Shown one piece after another: positions 51,993 through 64,000 of a DNA stretch of 64,000 nucleotides. Numbering within the stretch: the stretch's first letter is position 1; each line of letters begins with the position of its first letter. Location: positions 72,974,001-73,038,000 of the forward strand of contig OX597815.1 in assembly GCA_951406725.2 (NCBI GenBank), in the 5' to 3' direction. The translations under genes were made by a program, and so were the position numbers. The DNA comes from Octopus vulgaris. Its lineage: Eukaryota. Below the pieces are notes generated by a model. The model worked only from the letters and a program-made list of their open reading frames with translations. It had not been told where the DNA came from and did no database searches.

Positions 51993-52297
51993 ATATTCTT
52001 AACTACAATTTATTATGACACCATCAAACTATTTCTTCCACCCCTCTTGTGGTTTTCAATCCACAAAATACTAAAGTGATAAAAAATGTTCTGCATGTTT
52101 TACTGCTTCACAATTCCAACATTAAAGCTATTGCTTCTAATGTTATTGCCTTAAAACAAATGGAGCATTGGTTGTTCAAAGATGACATAATCTCCTAGAC
52201 TAGGCATAATACATGCTCATTCAAGATTATCCATTCAGATTTAAACAACTGCCTCCAAGCATTAGTGCCACATCTATGAGTCTTGATTATTTGATTA

Positions 52298-52674
52298 TTA
52301 CCCCAGCCTTCGCGAAGGCGGAGTATTGTTTTCGATCGTGTTTGTTTGTCCGTGGATAAGATATCTCAAGAACTACTGCATGAATTCGGATGAAACTTTC
52401 AGGGATGTTTGGCCTCGCGACTGACACGAACTGATTAGATTTTGGGATAGATCCGGTACCGGACAAGGATTCTGGATTATTTTTCCTGTTTTTTTTTGTC
52501 CATTTTTTAAAAATTAATTTTTGAGAGCGGTCGGGTTCATTTATAGTATGCTCGTTTGTGAAAGTAGTCGAGTTTATTTCAGATATTCTCATTTTAAAAA
52601 TCAACCCCGGCTAATCGTTGAAAGGATGTTGATGTTGCCTTGGCGGAGGTTTGCGATCTCTGAGTGCTTTTGTT
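52298..52674 (+). mobile_element. Helentron/DINE-1-like non-autonomous element
   Basis: 5' ttacccca-gccttcgcgaaggc hairpin, gtttgtttgtcc repeat, 3' ggcggaggtttgcgatctctgagtgc stem-loop; second partial copy at 53553-53771. Confidence 0.7.
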
Positions 52675-53289
52675 AATTTTGTCTGTTCACGATCACGGAA
52701 GACGTCTTAAAATGTCTACCAAATTATAACGACCATCTTTCCAAAAGATGCGGTGGAATTCAATACTGCGCTGACACCTTACGCTTCAGACAAGAAAGAT
52801 ATTTTACGTCTAATCCAAAAGAGACAAGAAGAAAAGATGTCACGGCCAAAATAGTAACAGCAAGCATGGCACTTGAGCATTTTTTGAATATGAAACACGA
52901 GAACAATATTTACGTACGCTGTGGATATAACTGAGCTATCCGGGCCTTTGAGGAGAGGGTTTATCCAATTCACTCTAGATGCCCTTCCTTATTCTTAAGG
53001 AATTTTTTGCTGAAACTTTGGTTAAATTTTATTGTCATATCTTTTCTTGTTGACTCATTTTTTCCCGATGTAAACATGTATTTTTGAATCGTATTTCAAC
53101 CTTTGTATTGTTCTCAGGAGTTTTGAGCACTTTTGGCCAATTAAAATTTTTATTGTTGTTGTTATATTCACTTTACTTTACATGAAGTATTACTATCTCT
53201 GATTATCTCCCTTGAAATCAGGTTCATGGATTGCACGTAAATTATGGCGGCGTTGCTGTTTTCAAAGTTTTATTCTCGTTTTGAGGGAA

Positions 53290-53540
53290 GCTTTACTTCT
53301 TGGGCTCACGTTTTTCTGCGCAACGATGTTGTTAAACCTCCGTTAACAACACCGTATGCGGGTCCTTTCAGTTTTCTATCACGCATGGATCAACTTTTCA
53401 CAATAGACCTTAATGGTCGTAAAGACACTATATCAGTAGATAGACTGAAAAAGGCCTTCATAGAGAAAATTGTCCCTGTTTCCACTGCAGACGACACACA
53501 CACAGCATTACAAACACAGCCCGCACACTCCCTTCACATT
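53290..53540 (+). mobile_element. Ty3/Gypsy integrase C-terminal fragment (GPY/F module)
   Basis: HVFLRNDVVKPPLTTPYAGPF..FTIDLNGRKDTISVDRLKKAF. Confidence 0.85.
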
Positions 53541-53552
53541 CCATGGCTACCA

Positions 53553-53771
53553 TTGGGATCAATCAGGTACCGGACAAGGATTCTGGATTACTTTTCTGTA
53601 TTTTTTTTACTTAATTTTTGAGAGCGGTCGGGTTCATTTTTAGTATTCTCGTTTGTGAGAGCAGTTTAGTTTAATTCAGATATTCTCATTTTAAAAATCA
53701 TCTCCTACTAATCGTTGAGAGTACGTTAGTGTTGCATTGGCGGAGGATTGCGCTCTCTGAGTGCTCTTGTT
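53553..53771 (+). mobile_element. Helentron/DINE-1-like element, 3' half
   Basis: Aligns with 52442-52674. Confidence 0.75.
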
Positions 53772-53798
53772 GTAGTAGTAGTTGTTGTTGTTATTATT

Positions 53799-53918
<120 letters not shown>

Positions 53919-54315
53919 GAGTGTGAGAGCAGTGCATGCCATCAAAGTGACAATGGGGTAATATATACGAAGCCCAGTATACCCATCATGACTACCTGTC
54001 TGATAAGGGTACACCAGGCACATGCATCACAACCATATGTGCGCGACATGGTGATCTCATATCAAGATAAACAGCGCATGACCTTGTAGATGGAGCCCAG
54101 TTAGAATTTTCTTCAGGTCGAATAGCCCATCCCACTCAAAAGGTCCCTGAATAAGGATTGTTTAAGGATGTTGAACGAACCACTCATGTTTCCAAAGGGG
54201 AATTATTCAAACCCCAAAGAATCCCTCTCGACACACAGCTATGGTGCTCCTCCACTAATTCTGTTTGTGGTCAAAGTTAAGATCGGCAGCCACGAGGGCC
54301 ACAGCCTGGTACTGC
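53919..54315. mobile_element. Shorter copy of the (TTA)n-embedded element
   Basis: Aligns to 9252-9806 but lacks ~160 bp internally; (TTA)n on the left, (CTG)/(CAT)/(TTA)n on the right. Confidence 0.88.
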
Positions 54316-54335
54316 TGCTGCTGCTGCTGCTGCTG

Positions 54336-54388
<53 letters not shown>

Positions 54389-54452
54389 CCACCACCACCA
54401 CCACCACCACCACCACCACCACCACCACCACCATCATCATCATCACCATCAC

Positions 54453-54503
<51 letters not shown>

Positions 54504-54510
54504 TATTATT

Positions 54511-54545
<35 letters not shown>

Positions 54546-54577
54546 TATTATTATTATCATCATCATCATCATCATCA

Positions 54578-55492
<915 letters not shown>

Positions 55493-55522
55493 TTATTATT
55501 ATTATTATTATTATTATCATTT

Positions 55523-55688
<166 letters not shown>

Positions 55689-55709
55689 CATTATTATTAT
55701 TATTATTAT

Positions 55710-56179
55710 GCTATTCACTTCACTACCGAGCGCAGCTCTATGTCCTATGGGTATGTATGTGATTTGTTATGATGCTCTGATGGTTATTGTATGGTAAGTG
55801 TTCTGCGTAGGATGTGTGCAGTACCTAGTAGTGCAATTTTCTGTATGTTATATGTGTTTGTAAGTCCTGGTGTTTTTGTTATGTATTTGTCTGAATATTT
55901 TTTTATCATGCCTAATGTACCTACTATGATAGGAATTGTTTCTGTTTTCAGATTCCACATTCTAGTTACCTCTATTTCCAGGTCTTTGTATTTTGAGAGT
56001 TTCTCCATTTCTTTTAGAGACACGTTGTCATCAGCCGGTATTGATACATCAATTAGAAAGCATTTTTTTCTTCATGATCTCTGACAACTATATCTGGTCT
56101 GTTGGCCTTAATTTCTCTATCTGTGTGTATCGGCATATCCCAGAGTATGGTTGCTTTCTCGTTTTCTGTGACCTTTTCC
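55710..56179 (-). mobile_element. Second, shorter copy of the same Dong-like family in (TAA)n
   Basis: Near-identical to 54700-55150; flanked by (TAA)n. Confidence 0.92.
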
Positions 56180-56342
<163 letters not shown>

Positions 56343-56362
56343 TATTATTATTATCATTATTA

Positions 56363-56397
<35 letters not shown>

Positions 56398-56749
56398 CAG
56401 ATTGTCTTTACAGAGTCATTTATATATGTGCGTGTGTATGTTGAGTGTCTTTTGTATATATATTTTATATTGATTAGTTTATTTTTCATTTATATTCAGA
56501 TGCCTCAGTTCCGTGCTGTAATGGATAAAGTGCATCGAAATTGTTTATTATGAAAAACGTGTCCATGATTTCAATCCAAGCAGACGTATATTGTATATAA
56601 TTTAGAATTATGTCCTCTGAGGGTAATTAAACACTAAGCTAAATCGGAATGTAAGTTTCATAGGAACACAACAAATGCCGTTATTAGTGTGATTATTGCC
56701 TAATGTTTAAGTAAACACACACATACACACACGCACATACACATACATA

Positions 56750-57338
<589 letters not shown>

Positions 57339-57915
57339 GTTTTCTGAAACCACAGAGATTTAGACATATAATAATAATAATTTCTTCATTTATTATATAG
57401 TCACGAAACTTTATATTTGCATGGGAGAGAAAATTGTGATGTTCGTGTTTTCCTTGAGGGCATTAGTGATGTACGGTGAAGTGGTTATAAGTTGGAGAGG
57501 GGAGAATCGCGTCACGAATTTACATATTCGCCACCATGATGCAGTGTCTTCCACCGGATATGGAGGAAATGGAAAGTTGTGGCGTTCATGCTTCTGCTGG
57601 AGGGTGTTAGTGATGTGAAGTAATGTAAAGGATGGAAATGAACTTACAACTGGAATTCAAAACCCGCTGTACCAAGTGGTGTTGTCATACAGAGAACAAC
57701 GAAAACAAACAGCGACAACAATAAATAAAAGCGACGGAAGCGATGATGATGAGGAGGAGGTGGAGGAGGAGGATGATGGATGACGATGACGATGATGACG
57801 ACGACGATGACGGCAATAATTAGGAGTAAGTGGAAGGTGTGGGAGATTAAATTAAAGGTAGTGAGTCTTTAATTTAGATCATTAAATAACGACAACAGCA
57901 ATTTTAATAATAATG

Positions 57916-57971
<56 letters not shown>

Positions 57972-57972
<1 letters not shown>

Positions 57973-59430
57973 TATTCAGTGATGACATTATTATGAAATT
58001 TGACCATGAAAAGTGTGCCAAAGCTACCTTCAAATGCAATAAACTGACAGCTAATACGTCGACCCAAGTTGATAATGATACAATTATTAAGGAGCTGGAT
58101 CAAAAAGGCTTTTATAAGCATCTTCGGGTAAATGAAGGGAAAAAGATTCAGCAAGGGCCAATGAAAGAAAGGATCATGAAAGCATATTATAGACGTGTCA
58201 AAATGGTCCTGAACTTTCTGAATAGAATTGCAGCTCTAAACTCCTTGGTGGTACCAGTTGTCCAGTATAGCCTTAATGTCATCAACTGGAATTTGAGTAA
58301 AATCCAATGTGTGGACATAAAGAACAGGAAACTGCTGACATTAAACAGGATGAATCACCCAAAATCAAACGTCTGTAGGCTCTCTCTTCCACGAAAGGAT
58401 GGCGGTAGAGACCTAATCCGAGTTCAACCGTTCTATAAAACGACTACAATAGGATTCCAAATGTACATCCAAAGTAATGATACAGCTTCTAAGACAACAC
58501 AAACGGGGTAAGAAACTGTACTCAGTCGCAAATATAAGTCGACATATAAGTTCAGACGAGAGCTCAACCTCCCTGATTATAATGATGATAATGAGGACAC
58601 ACCAACCACTAAGGCAGTAAAAAATTCAAGGAAAAAGCCAAACAGAAAAGTTTGAAGGAAATGTCGAGATTGTAGAAAGAAAAACCATTGCACGGACTTT
58701 AGCCTAAACGATCCGGGGAAGATGATGTAGGTATGAGAAGAACCCTAACAGTGGCAGCAGAGCATCGATTTGAAAGCCGAAATGGAAGGATTTATCCTAG
58801 TAGCACAAGATCAGAGTCTCTTGACCCGGAACTCTTAAGCTATTGTCTAGTACATAAGCGCAGGCAGAAAGAGTAGGCTCAGCAATGAAAAACTTGAGAG
58901 CATTGGCCACACTGTTGTCGGTTGCTCAGTCCTTGCTCCTACAGAATATAAAACCAGACATGATCGAGTTGGTCAATACTTGCACTGGAGCATATCCTGC
59001 ACCCTAAAAACTGATAATATACCATCCACAGCAAGTCTCTGAGAGAGAGAATGTTACCATCCTAAGGGATTATGGGATACATGCAGACAGGCATATAAAT
59101 GATAACATGCCAGACATCATCATCAAAGACACAAGGCAAAAACATGCCTGTTTCATTGATATGACAGTGTCTATTGATAGAAACATCTCACTAAACATCC
59201 CTGTTGTTATGAGTGCCCTGGAAAAAAGAAAGGTATCGACAAAATTTTTTACCAGATCCCAGGGAAACCAGCAATCTATGAGGTTTAAAAATATTGTACT
59301 GACATCAATCGGTCACATCCTCACGTAGTTTTTCTCCATCTTATATATACGTGCATAAGGTCTCTGGTTGAGACCCGGCAGGAAGATGAAACAAAATGGA
59401 ATTCAAATGAATAAAAAAAAACACAATAAA
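57972..59430 (+). mobile_element. Older, longer R4/Dong-like retrotransposon fragment
   Basis: KCAKATFK, YKHLRV, HPKSNVCRLSLPRKDGGRDL, VAQDQSLLTRN, RHDRVGQYLHW, PDIIIKD..FIDMTV; starts right after (TAA)n. Confidence 0.9.
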
Positions 59431-59833
59431 ATTTGGTTTCCAATTTTGGCACAAGACCTCCCCAGTGCACAACTGTTACTTGTTTATCGATACCGAAATG
59501 ATGAAAGGTAAAGTCAACCTCGGCAGAATTTGAATTCAGGATATAAAGGCAGATGAGATGCCACTAAGCATTTTGTATGACGCGTAAACGATTCTGTTAG
59601 TTCGCTGCCTTAATAATAATGATTTCAAATTTTGGTACATGACCAGAAATTTCGGGGGATGGGGTAAATCGATTACATCCACCCCCATTACACAACTGGT
59701 ACTTATTTTATCGACTCTGAAAGGATGAAAGGCGAAGTCGACCTCGGCGAAAATTGAATGCAGAGCGTGAAGACGGACGAAATGCCGTAAAGCATTCCGC
59801 TCAGCGTGCTAACGATTCTGCCAGCTCACCGCA
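59430..59833 (-). mobile_element. Two tandem SINE family A copies
   Basis: aaagtcaacctcggc / aacgattctgccagctcaccgc. Confidence 0.85.
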
Positions 59834-59852
59834 TTTAATAATAATAATAATG

Positions 59853-59949
<97 letters not shown>

Positions 59950-59957
59950 CGATGATG

Positions 59958-60030
<73 letters not shown>

Positions 60031-60081
60031 TAATAATAATAATAATAACAACAATAATAATAACAACAATAATAATAATAA

Positions 60082-60815
60082 TTCCATTTATTTGCCATAA
60101 GTGTGAAGGGTGAGGGTAACAATACAAAGACAGATAAAGTGTGGAGGTTTACATATAATGAAGAGATAGAAAAAAAGGGAGTATACACGGTATACACTGC
60201 AAAAGAAGGGACATATACATTAGCATACAAAGATTTTTAAAAAGTGGCGAGGGGGATGATAGAGATGTAGCCCTTCTGATACAAGAGGACCTCTAGGGAT
60301 AATCGATGAACCCCGCTGCCCGAGATTTACCTGAACACCAAGAGCAAGTGCCTCCTCCAAATTCTTCTCTCCGACTCACGTGGCTGCCGATCTTAACTTT
60401 GACCACAAACAGAAGTAGTGGGGGAGCACCATAGCTGTGTGTCGAGAGGGATTCTTTGGAGTTTGAATAATTCACTCTTGCCACTTTCGCAACTTTCACC
60501 CACCTTTTATAAACTCATTCGAGGACGGTACTTCCCTCTCCACTCAATTTCCTTTTCAAGTGACTTCTTTAAGTCAATGAGGGCTCTACCAAAGAGGAAT
60601 GTATCTGTTCTCATGCCTTTCAGCCTTGACCACCAAACGACGTCTTTCGCCACAGCCACCAGGCAAAGGTAAACTCGTTTGCCTAGCCGATTGAAGGAGG
60701 GCGGCGGGGCAATCATCACTACAGACCCAGCCGACAGACGGATCTGTCCTATACGTGACAGCAGCTGTTTGACATAACTCCACAAGTCAGCAATGTCCGG
60801 ACACTGAACGAGTGC
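60082..60815 (-). mobile_element. L1/Tx1-like LINE 3' fragment with (TTA)n tail
   Basis: ALVQCPDIADLWSYV..VAVAKDVVWWSR resembles the L1/Tx1 C-terminus after the zinc knuckle; 3' UTR ends aataaatggaattattatt. Confidence 0.6.
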
Positions 60816-61401
60816 AATAATGGTTTCAAATTTTGCCACAAAGGCAACTTTTGGGGGGAAGAGAGGAGTCGATTACACAAGGCCTAAAATTTTGGGGAAG
60901 AGGATAGTCGATTACAGCAACACCAGTACTTAAATGGTACTTAATTTATCGACCCCGAAAGGATAAAAGGCAAAGTCGACCTCGGCGGAATTTGAACTCA
61001 GAACGTAGAGACGGGCTAAATACCTATTTCCTTACTACCCACAGAGAGGACAAACAAGGACAGACAAACGGATTAAGTCGATTATATCGTCCCCAGTGCG
61101 TAACTGGTATTTATTTAATCGAGGTCGACTTTGCCTTTCATCCTTTCGGGGTCGATAAATTAAGTACCAGTTACGCACTGGGGTCGATGTAATCGACTTA
61201 ATACCTATGTCTGTCCTTGTTTGTCCCCTCTGTGTTTAGCCCCTTGTGGGTAATAAAGAAATAGGTATTTATTTAATCGACCCCGAAAGGATGAAAGGCA
61301 AAGTCGACCTCGGCGGAATTTGAACTCAGAACGTAACGGCAGACGAAATACCGCTAAGCATTTCGCCCGGCGTGCTAATGATTCTGCCAGATCGCCGTCT
61401 T
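60816..61401. mobile_element. Nested inverted SINE family A copies (-/+/-)
   Basis: Plus copy ~61118-61270 lies between minus copies ~60931-61115 and ~61262-61401. Confidence 0.9.
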
Positions 61402-61426
61402 AATAATAGTAATAATAATGATGATG

Positions 61427-61490
<64 letters not shown>

Positions 61491-61522
61491 TAATAATGAT
61501 AATGATAATAATGATAATAATG

Positions 61523-61568
<46 letters not shown>

Positions 61569-61951
61569 TAATAATAATAATAATACCCAAATCTGGATGA
61601 ATAGTTAAGATGGCCGACAACATACAAAAATATGAAAATTCGAAAGCTCTCACAAGTAACTCTCGATACTTTCACAGCCGTAAAATAATGTAGACAAATG
61701 AAGCGATGAAAACAAAAGGGTTATTATTCTTGAAGTACCGTTGAAAATTACGAAAGTGTAATTTTTCTATAAAAATAATTTATATTCAAAATCTCATAAA
61801 TCTTAAAACGTCTTGTGAATGTGAATGATAATTATAAAAAAGTTATCTCGCTTCTCAGTTTTTTCTTCTTTTCTTCTTTTTTTTTTCTTTACTTTTTCTT
61901 GCATTTGTTGATGAAATTTTCTGTCTCGAAATAGCGAAATATTCGCATCGG

Positions 61952-62009
<58 letters not shown>

Positions 62010-62737
62010 GCACGCACGCACACACACACACACACACTTTACACACACAGACATATATATTATATAGACATACATTATATATTACACACACATACACACA
62101 CGCATTCACACACTCATATATTTACATATAGAGATAGATACATACATATATACATGCATACGTACATACATACATACATGCATATATTCATACATACATA
62201 CATACATACATACATACATACATACATACATACATACATACATACATACATACATACATACAATGTAGATATTATATCAATTCTTGCTGCCAAGCCTTCT
62301 TCCTTTGTTTAGTTTCTTTGTATTGTCTCAGAGCTCCTTCAACAAAGACCACTTAACTGCAAACCGTCCTGCTTGAAATCTATATTTCTTAATTTGTGAA
62401 GAACAACAGTTGTTGATTTGAAAAAAAAAATCCCACAAAAAGCAACCATTGTCATCTTCTACTTTTCTTTACAATTATGTGACTCATGAGCCGACGTGGC
62501 TGGCTAGACGTGGGCCACTCAGTATGCTAGAAATAAAAACAAAATTTCCAAAAATGTCGAAATCACAATGCAGCGAATTGGTACGATTGTTAGAACATCA
62601 TAATAGACAGTATCGCGTTATATGTTCCGACCTTCTGCGATCTGCGTTCAGATCCTGCTGGGATCAACTTTGCCTATCATCCTTTCGGGGGTCGATAAAG
62701 AAAGTGAGATTCAGGGCGGTGAATTGACAGAACAAAC

Positions 62738-62849
62738 TGGTACTCCGTCGGTTACGACGTTGAGTGTTTCAGTTGATCAGATCAACAGAACAATCTGCTC
62801 GTGAAATTAACGTGCAAGTGGCTGAGCACTCCACAAACACGCGTCACCT

Positions 62850-62850
<1 letters not shown>
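62738..62850 (-). mobile_element. SINE family B 3' fragment
   Basis: tactccgtcggttacgacg..gtggctgagcactccac. Confidence 0.85.
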
Positions 62851-62924
<74 letters not shown>

Positions 62925-63534
62925 CAGACAGACAGACAGAGAGAGACAGAGAGAGAGACAGATAGACAGATGTAACGAATAGCTTCGTAGATTCTAATCC
63001 AGGATTTGAAACAGAATCTAGATTTTTTTTCTACAAGTTCCTTTCCTACTGTTCTCGGCTTTTGCACATGGAAATTTATGAGAGTCAACTGGCACACTTA
63101 CTTAAGTTCTATTATTTAAGTGAACATTCTTGGTTTAAATAAAGTTCGAGAGAGGTAAACTCATTACATTCCATAAGTCTCTGACCTATATCCAGTTTTC
63201 CAGCATATATAAGTACTGTAACCAAATTCGACTGTTTCTTCTTTCTTTCGGTGCCGACAGAGGAAGCACCTTATGAGAGGAACTATACAGCTCTTACCTT
63301 CTCTACTTTTCTAGACTCTTTTGCTCTTACTCTTACTCTCCTTTTTTTCCCACCAGTCTTCTAGCAGTTACTCCCAGAGGAAGTTAACTACCTACAGAAT
63401 GGACAACTGAACGGCAAATAATTTGTGTACCACGATTTAAAGTACTTGTATCCTATATTATAACGATGAAAATAAAAGACAATTTCAATTAATAATGAAT
63501 TTTCTTCTGTCATTTATTTGCTACATATCATCGT

Positions 63535-63562
63535 TTTATACACACACACATATATATTTGAA

Positions 63563-63600
<38 letters not shown>

Positions 63601-63925
63601 TGTGTGTGTGCATGTATATATGTATGCATATATATGTGTGTATATGTATATATACATACATATATATATATATATACATACGTGCATACATATACATGTT
63701 CATAAATATATACATACACATATACATAAACACACATACATTTACATACACACACGTACATATGCATGTATGTATATGTATGTATGTATGTTTGTGTGTA
63801 TGTATGTATGTATGTATGTATGTATGTATGTATGTATGTATGTATGTATGTATGTATGTATGTATGTATGTATGTATGTATGTGTGCATGCATGTATGTA
63901 TGTATGTATGCATGTATGTATGTCT
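63535..63925. repeat. (TA)n/(TATG)n microsatellites
   Basis: Directly visible. Confidence 0.95.
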
Positions 63926-64000
63926 TGAAAACGAGAGGTAGAGAGACTTTGCACCACACTAATTTGAGATTTGTTTTGCTGGTGTTCGAGTGTAAAAGAC

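Overview
AT-rich, microsatellite-saturated eukaryotic (metazoan) DNA. The repeat families strongly suggest an octopus/coleoid cephalopod genome (inference). No intact protein-coding gene is evident, and most ORF-track entries are microsatellite artefacts. The window is a patchwork of several tRNA-headed SINE families, decayed mariner, hAT and Helitron/Helentron elements, and 5'-truncated non-LTR retrotransposons (R4/Dong-like RLE, RTE, Tx1/L1-like, Jockey/I-like), plus a Gypsy integrase fragment. Main observations: (1) several minimal type-I hammerhead-ribozyme motifs with covarying stems, one in the 3' part of a tRNA-headed SINE-like element whose internal (TAA)n tract is split by a Dong-like insertion; (2) a set of elements inserted in (TAA)n/(TTA)n microsatellites; (3) a candidate host-gene first exon near 49.25-50.01 kb. 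All calls were read by eye; no database search or folding program was run, and boundaries of decayed elements are approximate.
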